From positions 145,266,001 through 145,330,000 of the forward strand of contig NC_082715.1 of assembly GCF_030144855.1 (NCBI RefSeq): DNA of 64,000 nt, given 5' to 3'. A program made the position numbers and the translations under genes. This document shows, piece after piece, positions 1 through 12,560 of this stretch. The notes beneath the pieces are model-generated. The model worked only from the letters and a program-made list of their open reading frames with translations, was not told the origin of the DNA and made no database searches. Each line of letters begins with the position of its first letter. Positions within the stretch are counted from its first letter, which is position 1. Source of the stretch: Hypanus sabinus (lineage: Eukaryota).

Positions 1-580
1 CCTCCCTCATTGGCTCCATAGTTTCCACTGTTCATCTGCAACACTGACACCTCCGATCTGCCCTTGTCCTTCTCAAATTGCAGATAAAAACTTATCATAT
101 TATGATCACTACCTCCTAATGGCTCCTTTACTGCAAGATCGCTTATCAAATCCTGTTCATTACATAACACTAAATCCAGAATAGTCTTGTCCCTGGTCGG
201 TTCTCATACAAGCTGTTCCAAGAATGCATCCCGTAGGCACTCTACAAACTCCCTATCCTGTGGTCCAGCACCAACCTGGTCCTCGCAGTTCACCTGCATG
301 TTGAAATTCCCCCATAACTACTGTGACATTACCTTTGCCACATGCCAATGTTAACTCCCTATTCAACTTGCACCCAATATTCATGCTACTGTTTGGTGGC
401 CTATAGACAACAGCCTTTTGGGACCTTTTGCCCTTACTGTTCCTCAGTTCTATCCACACAGACTCTACTTCTCCTGACCCTATGTCCCCCCTTGCAAAGG
501 ACTGAATCTCATTCCTCACCAACAGGGCCACCCCACCCCCTCTGACCACCTTTCTGTCCCTACGATAGCACGTATACCCT
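1..580 (-). mobile_element. CR1-clade LINE remnant (AP-endonuclease region); same element as 35235-37760
   Basis: The minus-strand ORF reads RGGGVALLV...ESVWIELRN...VVYRPPNS, typical of the CR1 ORF2 endonuclease. Frameshifted. Confidence 0.85.
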
Positions 581-599
581 TGTACATTCCCCTTGTACC

Positions 600-3090
600 C
601 TTGTAAACCTCCTCTAAACCCTCGCTACAGCTTCCACGTCCTTCCTATTCCGACCAGAATCAAACACAACAATGTCTGTGTAGTCTAAACAGAATTGTAT
701 GGAAATACAACAATAGCCTTGAACTCGATCCCTCGACTAATGCAGGCTAAATGCCTTCTAAATAACCTTATTGACGAGCGGCAATTATTGAGAGATCTAT
801 GCGAGTGGACCCCAGGATCCCTTTGTCCTCTACACTACTAAGAATCTTCTCCTTAACCTTATATTCTGTCTTTGATTTCGCTCTTCCAAAGTCCATTATT
901 TCACATTCTTCCGCATTGAAAACCATCTGATACATAACAGCCCAGCTACGCATCCCATCAACGATCCCGTTGGAAACTACGACAATCTTATCCACAGCAC
1001 CAACAGACTTGTGTCAACTATCCCATTGCCCTGTACATAGACCATATCTCTCCGTACCACTCCCATCCATATTCTCATAATATTTAATACTTATTTTAAA
1101 AATTGAACTTATACCACATGCTCTACTTCCACTGGCAACTCTTTCCACACTCTCACTACTCTCTGAGATGAAGTTCGTCTTCATGTTCGCCCTAAACATT
1201 TCACCTTTCACCCTCAGACCATGACCTTTAATTCTAGTCTCATCCAACCCTGGTGTAAAAAGCCTGCTTACATTTACACTATCTATTCTCCACATCATTT
1301 TGCATATCTCTATCCAATCTCCCCTCATTCTCCTATGCTCCAAGGGAGAAAGCGCTAACCTCTTCAATCTTTCCACACAAGTTACATCACAAGTTACGTC
1401 GTATACACCGCTCTACTTTTATCAACTTCTTTAGTCACTTTCTCGAAAACGTCAATCAGGTTCGTGAGAAATGAACTGCCACCCAGTTAGCTGTACTCTG
1501 TGTAATCAGACTATTCTTCTCCAAATGCTCAAAAACTCTGCCTTTAAGAATCACTTCCAAAGTTTGTCCACCACTGACATGTAGCTCTGGTCTATAATTC
1601 CCAGGATTATCCCTGTCTCTCGGTTTCTTTTTGCACTACCTTACTTTCCCTTCTCTATTTTATAATTTTGATTGATAATTTAATTTTTTTTATTATATTT
1701 ACTTCGATTTGTACTCCAGAGAGCGCGAAGTGCAGAGTCAAGTATCATTGTGATGATTGTATGCTCTAGTATCAATTGTTTGCTGACAACAAAGTAGAGT
1801 AAGAAAATAAGTAAGTACGTAATCCCTTTCTTCAACAAAATAATAACATTTGAGACCCTCCAGTCTTCTGCTACTCCTCCTGTGTCCAATGAGGGCGCAA
1901 AGATTATCACCAAGAGGGAACATTCTCTGCCTTCGCTTCCCGTAGTAACCATGGTATACACCATTCGGCCTAGGGGCCTTTTGTCTTTTTTCAAAAGTTC
2001 GACAATATCCTACTTCTTAACGTTTTATGCTGTTTATGCTGTCCACACACAAGTCACGGTCCCTCTCAGAGGTGAATACTGAAGAAAACTATTCATTAAG
2101 GAACTCCCCTACCTCCTCTGACACCAGGCACATGGTTCCTCTTCCTTTACTCACTCCAGTCATCCTTCTGTTCTTCACCTACGTGTAGAACGTCTTGGGG
2201 ATTTCCTTAATCATACTCGCCAAGCTCTTCTCATTCCTCCTTCTAGCTCTCTTAGGTTCATTAGTCAGCTCCTTCCTGGCTGCTTCGTAACACTCAAGAG
2301 TTCTGTCTGATATTTCCTTCAAAACTTGTTATTGGAATTCTTCTTTCCTCTAGGTGGGATGCTTCCCATCTCTTGCCAACCATGCTTCCTTCTCCCTAAC
2401 ATCCATGTTCAACTGGGAGAACCATACCCAGAAACCCATTAGTGTTCGCTTCACAACTTCCACATTTCCTTGTTCATTTCCCTGATAAAACTAATTCCCA
2501 ATTTCTACTCACAAGCTCATGTATTATAGCATCATAATTTCCTCTCCTTCAAAACAATCTGCTCTTGTCCCTCTCCAAGTGTATGGTAAATTAGGGAGTC
2601 GTGAATGTGATTAGGGAGGAGCAATCTGACACCTGGCCTGTTCCATTGGCTAGCACTAGTACCAGTAAGGCCTCTCTTCTAGTTAGCCTGTCCACATATT
2701 CAGGGATCCTTCATTAACAGACCTAACAAATTCTGCCCTGTTTAAATCTTTTGCATGTAAGCTAATGGAATCATTATTAGGGAAGTGCGTGTTTTAGCAG
2801 CTTTCCAAAATCGACCTGCCGACCTACTCCTCGATGTTCCTGTTGGTGGTGTGCGCTGTACAATACTCCCATCAGATAGACAACAACCACTCCTATTTCT
2901 GAATTCCACCCACGGAGACTCAATAAACGATCTCTCCACGACTTCCTCACTTTCTGTATCTGCGATACTATCCCTGATTGGCAATACCACTCCTCCAACT
3001 CTATTACCTCCCTCCCTGACCCTTTTCGAGATATCTGAACATAGGAACATTCAGCAGCTTTTCCTGCCTTTGTGACAACCATATTTTGGT
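600..3090 (-). mobile_element. Nested, degraded CR1-clade LINE fragments, with a short +strand LINE 3'-end insert at ~1620-1820
   Basis: Peptide remnants LEHRRMRGDWIEICKMM (CR1 C-terminus), VAEDWRVSNV..LLKKG and RVGGVVLPIRDSI..ESPWVEFRN. Confidence 0.75.
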
Positions 3091-3399
3091 TTATATTTTG
3101 GATCGGGAACGAGATCGTTTCCTACAAGAATAAAAAGACAAATACATGTTATCATCGAATTTTACCTCTTACCCTTACAATGCAAATAATTTTCCACATT
3201 TCACTGGCAATTAGTTAGGAATTTTCTTCCCTCCCAACGTTCGCTTATGGTGACAAGAACTTCCGATCTTACTGATAACTGTCCAGGAAAAGTCACAGAG
3301 AAAAGTATAAAGAATAAATGATAAAAGGAGAAAGTTTTTCTTAACGAATAGACAAAATACAGAGGCGTCCAATCACAATGCCAATGGAACTCCAATGAA

Positions 3400-5850
3400 A
3401 GTTGATTAGATGACAGAGTGCACAGAGGAGAGGCGGAATTAGTAGATGTTTTCAGAAGCTTACAGTCTGTAAATCATAGAAGTCTCAAAGAATTCTACGA
3501 CATGAGCAACTACTCTGAGCGTCCTTTGGACTCGGACCCCAGGTTCCCTCTGATCCTTCACACTACCAAGAGTCTTACCGTTAATATTATATTCTGTCAT
3601 CACATTTGACCTACCAAACTGAACCACTTCACACCTATCTGGATAGAACTCCACCTTCCGCTTCGCAGTCCAGTTTTGCATGCTATCAATGTCCCGGTGT
3701 AACCTCTGACAATTCTCCACACTATCCACAACACCTCCAACTTCCGTGTCATCAGCAAATTTCCTAAACTATCCCTCCGTTTCCCAGAACTATCCCAGAA
3801 TAGATTCTTGAGGCACTCCACTGTTAACCGACATCCATGCAGAATATTACCCGTCTACAACCACCCTTTGCCTTCTGTGGGCAAGCCAGTCCTGGATCCA
3901 AAAAGTGATGTTCCCTTCGATCACATGCGGCTTTACTTTCTCTATAATCCTTGCATGGGGTACCTTATCAAATGCCTTGCTGAAATCCATTTTCACTATA
4001 TCTGCTGCTCTTCATTCATCAATGCGTTTAGTCACATTCTCAAAAAAAAATTCGATCAGGATCATAAGGCACGGCCTGCCCTTGACGAAGACATGCTAAC
4101 TACTACTAATGATATTATATCTCTCAAAATGTTCATAAATCCTGTCTCTCCGTATGTTCACAATCAGCTTATTAATCACTGAGATAAGACTCAATGGCCC
4201 GTAATTTCCATAGCTATCGGAACTCGCTTTCTTCAATAAAGGAACAACATCCGCAAACCTCCATTCCTACAGAACCTCCCCCTTCCCCATTGATGATGCA
4301 AAAATCATCGCCAGAGGCTAAGCAATCTTCTCCATCACCTCCTACAGTAGCATGGTGTATATTTCGTCCGGACCGGGCGACTTATCCAACTTGATGCTTT
4401 CCAAAAGCTCCAGTACATCCTCTTTCTTAATATCTACACGCTCAAGCTTTTCGGTTCGCTGCAAGTCATCACTACAATCACTAAGAACCGTTTCCATAGT
4501 GAATACTGAAGTAAAGTATTCATTAAGTTCCTTTGTTATTTCCTCCAGTTCCATACACACTTCCCCACAGTCATATCTGATAGGTCCTATTCTTTCACAT
4601 CAAATCCTCTTTCTCGTCACATACTTGTAGAATGCCTTGGGCTTTTCCTTACTACTGCCCGCCAAGACCTTGTCAGCGCCCTTTCTATCTCTCCTAATTC
4701 CCTTCTTAAGCTCCTTCCTAGTAGCCTTACAATCTTCCAGATCTCTAACATTACCTAGCTCACTGAACCTTTTGTAAGTTTTCCTTTCTTCTTGAATAGA
4801 TTTATTTCAGCCTCTGCACACCACGGTTCCTGTACTCTACCATAAGTTCCCTGTCTCATTGTAACGCACCTGTACAGAGCTCAACACATATATCCCCTGA
4901 AGATTTGCTGCATTTCTTCTGTACTTGTCCCTGAGAACATCTGTTTCCAATTTAAGTCTCCAATTTCTTCCCTGATAGCCTCATAATTCCCCTTACACCA
5001 ATTAAATATTTACTAACTTGTCTGGTCCTATCTCTGTCCAATGCTATTGTAAAGAAGATAGAAATATGATCACTATCTCCAAAATGCTCTCCCGCTGAGA
5101 GATCTGACACCTGACCAGGTTCATTTCCCATACCAAACCAAGTACAGCCTCTCCTCTTATAGGCTTATCTACATACTGTGTCAAGAAACCATTCTGAACA
5201 AACCTAACAAACTTCACCCCATCTCAGCCCCTCGCTCGAGGGAGATGCCAATCGATATTTGTAAAATTAAAATCTCCCATCACGACATCTCTGTTATTAT
5301 TACACCTTTCCAGAATCTGTTTCCTTATCTGCTCCTCGATATTTCTGTTACTATTGGGCGGCCAATAAAAACACCCAGTTAAGTTATTGAACCCCTCCGG
5401 TTCCTAACCTCCACCCACAGAGACTGCATAGAAAATCCCTTTATGCTGCCCACCTGTTCTGCACCTGTGACACTATCTCTGATCAACAGCCTACACCTCT
5501 TCTGCCTCCCTCCCTGTCCTTTCTGAAACATCTAAAACCCGGCACTTGAAATAACCAATCCTGTCCCTGAGACATCCAAGTCTCTGTAATTGCCAACACA
5601 TCATATCTCCAAGTACTAATCCGCTTTGTTCACAACACTCCTTGCATTAAAATAGACACAACTCAAGCCTTCGGTCTGAGCGCGTCCCTTATCTGTCACC
5701 TGCCTATCCTCTCTCTCGCACTGTGTACAAGCTTTCTCTATTTGTGATCCAATCTCCTCTTCCCAAGTCTCTTCAGTTCGGTTCCCACCCCACCCCCAAA
5801 AATCCTAGTTTAAAATCTCCCCAGTAGCCTTAGCAAACCTCCCCTCCAGG
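3400..5850 (-). mobile_element. CR1-clade LINE remnant (RT and endonuclease regions)
   Basis: DSVENCQRLHRDIDSMQNW...FYPDRCEVVQFGRSN and LNEYFTSVFT...LDKSPGPDEIY motifs. Confidence 0.85.
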
Positions 5851-6064
5851 ATACTACTCAACTTCATAGAAAAACACAAATAAGATGGGCGTCACGTGGG
5901 TGCCGGGCAAGATGGCTGCATGCTAGTGGAGCTCCGACGACCCAACATAAAATTCTATCAATTAGAGCATATTTATCCCGCCTTATTCGGATACAGCTTT
6001 TCGAGAGTTCAAATCGTTTGTTTTTTTACTGAAAAATAACAACTTTGCGAGATAATTCGAGACG

Positions 6065-6914
6065 ATGCCAAGAACTTCGAAGAGCGCTACAGCGAGTCAC
6101 GTGGCTACAAGTCAGGGCCCGCAATCCGAAGATCAAGACACGCTAACGACACAGACCGACTGAGGCTCCTACATGGAGAATTTACTGGTTGAGGTTAGTG
6201 GTATAAGTTCCATTCTGCTCGGGGTGGCTACTGATTTGTCTACAATTAAAGAAACGACAACGGAGTTGAAGAACTCCGTCAATGCCATTCAAGAGAGGCT
6301 GACGGAAGACGAGGTCGCCTCTCCAGCGTGGAGGACACCACTGTGCAGCTGGTGGGTGCCAGCGAGCAGACTAATAAACGCCTGGACCTGCTGTGGAACC
6401 GTGTCGAGGAGCTTGAGAATAGGAGCGGACGGAACAACGTCAGGCTGGTCGGTCTAAAGGAGGGTGCGGAAACGGGCGGTCTGATTAAGTGTGTGCAAAG
6501 AATCATGTCGGAGTGATTAGGCATCGAACTGAAAGCAGAGTTTGAGATTGAGAGGGCGCACCGGGTTCCGGCTCCGAGGTCGGGCGAGGATCGCCCCCAC
6601 CCCCCAGGTTGGTCTTAATACGATTCTTGCGCTCTTCAGCCAGAGAGAAAGTGCTGCAAGCGGCCATAGCAAAAAGAGGAGTTGGGTGGGAGGGATACAA
6701 AGTCTCCTTCTTTCCGGATATGACCAGAGAATTGGCTGAGAAACGGAGCGCATTTACTACTGCTCGGAAAATGCTACAAAGAGTCAACGTGACGTATACA
6801 CTCGCTTATGCAGCAGTTCTCCGATTCACGTGGAAAGGAAAGAACACGTTCTTTACTACTGCTGCAGAAGCAGTGAAATTCATTCAGGAAAAGTGCGGCG
6901 CTGGCACTGACTAA
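6065..6914 (+). pseudogene. L1 ORF1 (coiled-coil/RRM/CTD type), disrupted
   Basis: ATG at 6065. Frameshift near 6305 relative to the 43287 copy and an in-frame TGA at 6514-6516. Ends TAA at 6914. Confidence 0.85.
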
Positions 6915-7189
6915 GAGGCAGTAATAGGTGGAGACAACATTTTAGGTACAACAGGATGGGTGGGGAGCTGGATAAAGCGGTCTGATTAGTGCGAGGCTTA
7001 CTAGCTGGCACGGTACTTCGCTGACCATCTCGTGTGTCTGTTTTTTTCCGTTTCTTTGCAGAGTTTATCCTGCCTATTTGCTTTTATTTGTTAGTTAATC
7101 TGACAGGAATATATTATCGCTATGTTTTTGGGTTATGTTGGTTGTTTAGTTGTTCGAAAGCGCAGCATTTGCAGTAGATAAAACATCTG

Positions 7190-10100
7190 GAGGCAGAAAC
7201 AACCACATTGGAAAAGGTCTTATCAAGACAATATACCGATGACTTCTAAAAAGATCTGTGCAATTTGAAATTCCAGCTAAATAACATATATAACAAAGAA
7301 GCAGAATATGCATTATTTAGATTAAAAACAAGTTTCTATGAAGGTGGTGACAAAGCTGGTAAGCTGCTGGCACGATATTTAAAGCAGCAGAAGACGAATA
7401 GTCTTATACCTGTGAATAAGAAAGGGGATACATTAGTGTCATCATCTGAAGAAATAAGCGAAGTCTTTCCACAGTTCTATGAACATCTATATGCATCACC
7501 GTTTAATCATGAACAGGAGGAGCTGAATCAGTTTATCGCTAACATAAAATTGGCTACATTATCCCCACATCAAGCTGAGTCCTTGGATGCCCCAATTACT
7601 GAGGATGAGGTCAGACGAGCTATTGGGGTTATAAAAGTGGGGAAATCTCCAGGTATAGATGGCTTCCCAGTTGAATATTATAAGACATTTCTGGACATAT
7701 TGGCTCCTATTCTAACAAAAATCTATTCAGAAGCATTTAAGTTGGAATTTTTACCTAATACATTTATGGAAGCATTAATTCGTTGATCCCAAAAAAAGAC
7801 TGGGATGCAATAGACCCTTCTAATTATAGGCCTATAAGCTTAATTAATGTGGACTGTAAGATACTGACTAAAAAACTGGCTTCGCGATTAGAGAAAGTAT
7901 TGCCATTTATACAAATTTATACTCTGACCAGGTTGGCTTCATTAAAGGCAGATCCCCAACTTACAATTTAAGGAGATTACCGCAATTAACATGGCTGAAC
8001 ACCCCAAGTAGTATCCCAGTTACTGCCATCTCCCTGGATGCTGAAAAGGCCTTTGACAGGGTTGAGTGGAGATTTTTAACCACGGCCTTGTCATTCTTTG
8101 GGTTTGACTCTGTCTTTAATCATGGATTGTAATTTTGTATAAAAACCCTAAGTCTGCATTTATTACAAATGGTATCATATCCCCATTTTTCAACATTTCA
8201 CGGGGTACTCGCCAAGGCTGCCCCCTCTCCCCACTGTTATTTACGATATTTTTTTGGAACTGTTGGAGGTCGTTATTAGAGCAGATCCAGATATTAGAGG
8301 GGCGAAGGGAGGCGGAAAGGAGCATAAGTTGATGTTATATGCTGACGATATTTCAATACTGATTAGTGACCCTCCTTATTCCTTACCCCTACTAATGAAA
8401 ACAATTCAATTATATTCTGACGTGTCTGGTTATAAAATCAACTGTAGTAAATCTGAGGCTATGCCAATGTCAAAATTGTGTTATTCAAATTCAGAATCTC
8501 ACTTTAATTTTAGATGGGTGCCAGTTGGAATAAAGTATCTAGGGGTCAAATTCAGTCAGAATTTGGATGAAATAATTACTTTAAATTAGAATCCATTATT
8601 GAGTAGGATAAGAAATAATCTGCCTAAGTGAGGGGTACTGTGTTGTCTTTACGACAGTTATTTACTTTATAATATTTTCCCTTAGTAATTCATTTGTTAG
8701 TATTTTCCAGTTAGAATTAGAAGTGTTTAAAGTATATTCATTGCCTGTCACATCCGGTTTCGCCGCGTCCTGTAGGAAAATACCGGTTTGAGATTAACGC
8801 GAGGGTGGGGGGGCTCACCACGAGGCACACCTGAGCAGAAGTTGTTTTGCAAGCATTAGTAATCACAGTGAGAGCAACGCTGTAAGTTAATAGGTAATCG
8901 ATATATTGAACTAAAATGTTAACGCCGATCCTGTTAAAAGTAACGACGGTCGATAATGTTTATGTTTTCGTTAGTTAAAGAGTTGCGGATAGTTTGCATT
9001 GAAGTGTATTTAAAGTAGTCACTGGCGCAGGTAAACTCTGCCTGTATACTGCACCTTAATGTAATGTAGTTATAGTCACTTTTACAAGTATTTACAATGG
9101 AAATGTGATATTAAGAAAGGACCAATCTTGTATTGTTTTATCAACAGTTTTCACCATATGTTAATGTGAAGAGTGAACAGTAAATGGTTAATCTTACTGC
9201 AAACTGGTTTTCATTGACTGTGGTTTATCTCGACGTTTAATTCGGCGTTCGTTACACCCGAAGGAGAACGTTACAGGTACTGCTACTGTCACTCTGGGAT
9301 AAAGTCAATGTAGTTAAAATGGTCATAGCACCTCAGTTTAACTATCTTTCGATGATGCTTCCTTTAAATATTACAGATTTGATTGACAAGCAATAAAACA
9401 AAATTATTATTGACTTTCTATGGGATAAGAAGAAGCCCAGAATTAAAATGAGTAAGATGTGTATGCCCAGTGACATGGGTGGGCTCAGTCTACCAGATGT
9501 CAGGGCATATAAATTATCCTTTGAAATGACCAAGTTAGCTAAACTTTGGGACAGGGCAGATGTTGATTTAGATTGTGTAGTTAAAGAACGGAGCTTGGCT
9601 GCACCACATTCTCCCCTTAAAATTCTCTCACAACATGTGGAAAACAACACTGATCTAAATCCTATACTATTTCACTCAAGGGGTGTGCAGAGTACAATTC
9701 ATAAACCTTGTAAAAATTTCTCATTTAAATCAGTTATACTCCTCGCTCTGGAATGACCCTGTGATACGCATTGGGAAAAGAATGGTGTACTGGAAAGAAT
9801 GGAAGATTAAAGGTGTAAATACAGTAGGTGATCTCTGTGAGATTGGGATTTTTATGTTGTATGTGGATTTGCAGAAGAAATATAACTTTGCAGATAAAGG
9901 GCGTTTCTGGAACTATTTACAAATAAGACCTTGCGTTAGTCGCATATTCATGAATGGTGGCCCACAAGGTAACCCTTTAAGTGAATACTTTACACTACCA
10001 CAGGAAGTTCATAAAGCATCAATCAGTGTTTTATAAAATGTTCAAGCACTCTGTGGGTGAACCGTGTAACAATCTCAAAGCAGTATGGAAGAAGGATCTT

Positions 10101-10620
10101 GGAAGCGATGTTGAAGATAATGAGTGGTCAAATATTTTATCAAATGTGGGTAGTCATATTAGGGAAGCGAGTGGGAAATTTATTCAGTATAAGATAGTAC
10201 ACAGATATTATTGAACACCAACTAGACTCTACAAAATGGGGATTGTTGTTAATCATTTATGCTGGAAATGTAAAAATAAGGTGGGCACATATTTTCACAC
10301 GATTTTGGAGCGTTCCATGGTTCGTCCATGTTGGTGTAAAGTTCTAGATTTGTTGGGGAAGTGGTCGGGTCCTACTCTGCCCTTGTGCCCACGGCTTTGT
10401 CTCTTGAGTGACAGGACAATGATGCCTAATGTAAACAATGACAAATTTACTATTTTAAAGGCGGGTCTCATCACAGCTGCAAGAATTATATTACAAACTG
10501 GAAAAAAAACAGATGTCCCATTGTGAGGGAATGGACTGAGGAAAGGGTTAAGATTTCATCATATGAACACATGTTGGGAATAATTATCAGTGAGGGAAAG
10601 GTGCAAGATGCGTGTGATCA
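7190..10620 (+). pseudogene. L1 ORF2 remnant (RT plus Cys-rich C-terminus), interrupted by a solo LTR
   Basis: Pieces in several frames (7265..7786, 8135..8332, 8254..8589, 10236..10526 with CWKC..GTYFH). No endonuclease-domain motifs ahead of 7190. Confidence 0.85.
8639..9275. mobile_element. Solo LTR, 637 bp, TG...CA ends, 5-bp TSD GGTAC
   Basis: GGTAC at 8634-8638 and 9276-9280 flanks a TGTGTTG...CGTTACA insert. The paralogous L1 at ~45790 has the empty site. Confidence 0.85.
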
Positions 10621-11589
10621 ATTTTGGCTGTATGTTGATTTAAACTTAAATTGGAAATTTTTTTTCTGTTTCTTAGTTTTATATGTTTTCTGGTCATGGG
10701 GTGGCTGTGTAATTATGCTGTACTGCATCTGCTCTATGACATGTTGTGCTGCTTTGTAAAATACGAATAAATAATAATAAAAATTTGAATTACAAAAAAT
10801 ACAAAAAAAAATCAACCTATGACCAGCGGCGTATTATTGAGTCTCATTGAAACACTGTAAAGCAGAAAATTCCGCTGAAATTCTGAAACATTTTCCATGG
10901 ATATTTCAAGTATCATGTTTCACTATAGTACTCCCTTCGTTCCCGCCACCCTGAGAGAAAAGCCAAACAGTTGCTTTGTCTGTCCACCATCACAGGCTCT
11001 TCAGCTCATCGGTGCAGCCAACACTTTAAATGCATTCTGGCAATTAAACATCAAGGCGTTTTACATTGACGTTATAAGCGTATAACATGCAACACAGGAA
11101 AGCTTTTACCCGAACAGTTTAACACGATATTCTGTGGATTATATTGATGATACTTTCCACTTCCGAGACAAGGGCGCAACATCGCAGAAACGTGAGGGTG
11201 AATTTCCAAGTTATATTTGGTAAATAACAAGTGGATACGCCTCAGAGACTCGACTCAAATTCCTTCTCAGCTTTCCTTATAACGTTTCTGTATTCTCGCA
11301 ATAATCAATTCGTAATAAGCTAGTCTATTTGTTCGTCTTTTCTCAGTTAATTCCTTCGTATTTCTGGTCAGATGCAAACCTTCTCCCCTCAGCTATTCCC
11401 GCCTGTGGCAACCTCATACCGACAGCACTTCAGCCGCTTCGTCCCATTTTCATTTATGTTGGTTTATGTGCCCGCTATGCATTTGTATGTGGTGGGGGGT
11501 GTGGAGTTTGGGGCTGTATGGAAATGTGCAAATGTCAGTGACAGTGAACCTGTGAAACTGTCATAAATTGGTAACTTTTCAAATTGCTT

Positions 11590-12290
11590 AAATGTTGTCA
11601 CATGTACCGAGGTGCAGAGAACAAACTGTTTTGCAGGTCATTCATGCAGATCAGTTCATCAGTGCATTGAGACAGCACACGCGAGCAGAATAAAGTGTTA
11701 CAGTTACAGGGAAAGTGCAGGTCAGGTAGGCAGTAAGGTGTAAGGGCATATCGACGTAGATTGTCAGGCCAAGAGTCTGTCTGATCACAGTAGGGAAACA
11801 TTCAGTGATCACATAACACCGAGACAGACGCTGTCTTTGAGCCTGGTGCTATGTGCCTTTAAATCTTTTGGATCTTCTGCCCGATGGGATGGGGGAGGAG
11901 AGAGAATGTTGCGATGGATGAGGTCTTTGCCTATATTGGCTGCTTTGCCGAGACAGCGACAGTGTACACAGAATCCTTGGAGAGGAGTTGGCTTCCGTGA
12001 TGTGCTGAGCTCTATGCGCAACTCTCTTTAGTTTATTTCAATTACCAGCAGAGCAGACACCATACCCAGCCGTGATGCATCCAGACACAATTCATCGATA
12101 AAAATTGCTGAGAGTCAAAGAGAGAGCGCCAGTGAGCGCTCTTTGCCGTGACATCTACGTGGTTGGACCAGGATAGGTTGTTGGTGACGTCCACTCCACT
12201 GAACTTGAATTTCTCAACACTCTCGACCTCAGCATCGTTTACATAGTTGTCCCGCCCATTTCCTGAAATCAAGATCAATTTCATTCGTGA
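11590..12290 (-). mobile_element. Rex1/Babar-like LINE 3' relic abutting the Ig promoter
   Basis: The minus strand encodes VESVEKFKFSGVDVTNNLSWSNHVDVTAKSAH and CLGKAANIGKD...STRLKDS, C-terminal motifs of that LINE group. Confidence 0.75.
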
Positions 12291-12296
12291 GTAGAG

Positions 12297-12313
12297 ATCT
12301 GCATGTATATATA
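12297..12313 (+). promoter_or_regulatory. Candidate Ig promoter: octamer variant ATCTGCAT plus TATATATA
   Basis: One mismatch to ATTTGCAT, about 120 nt upstream of the ATG. The octamer variant is conserved in all three clusters. Function not shown. Confidence 0.4.
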
Positions 12314-12423
12314 TTTCAGTGACTTTGCAGTCTTCCACAGTTCTTAAGGAGCAGCTTCGAAAGCCCTGAACAGGACTTGTGTCCGATAGCCTTTGACTTC
12401 TAATTCTACTTATCTGCTTCACC

Positions 12424-12472
12424 ATGGCTGAATGGATCCTGGTTCTTGCCGCGTTTGTGTCCTCTTTGTTCA
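12424..12472 (+). CDS. IGLV: Ig light chain cluster 1, leader exon ([16 protein letters not shown], phase 1)
   Basis: Kozak-like ACCATGG, hydrophobic signal peptide, donor GTAAGC at 12473, 88-nt intron ending CCAG at 12560. Confidence 0.95.
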
Positions 12473-12560
12473 GTAAGCAGAATACTTAATTCTTTAGACT
12501 GTCCTTCATGTCGTGTTTTTTACTTAAGGGTTTTAAATAATTATTTGTTATTTTCGCCAG

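Larger units (their letters stand above)
5884..10811 (+). mobile_element. L1/Tx1-clade LINE with 5' end, ORF1, endonuclease-deleted ORF2 and A-rich tail
   Basis: L1-type ORF1 (LENRSGRNNVRLVGLKEG, SFFPDMTRELAEKR) and ORF2 motifs (YEGGDKAGKLLA, KSPGIDGFPVEYYK, GTRQGCPLSPLLF, LYADD). AATAAA at ~10769 followed by an A-rich tail. Left flank AACACAAATAA at 5873-5883 with a degenerate right copy. Confidence 0.92.

Noticed and set aside
12042-12425. Antisense ORF starting on the complement of the Ig ATG region (also 29917..30156 and 48200..48589)
   Set aside because: A chance frame joining promoter DNA to a Rex1/Babar relic. Its length differs among clusters and there is no other support.
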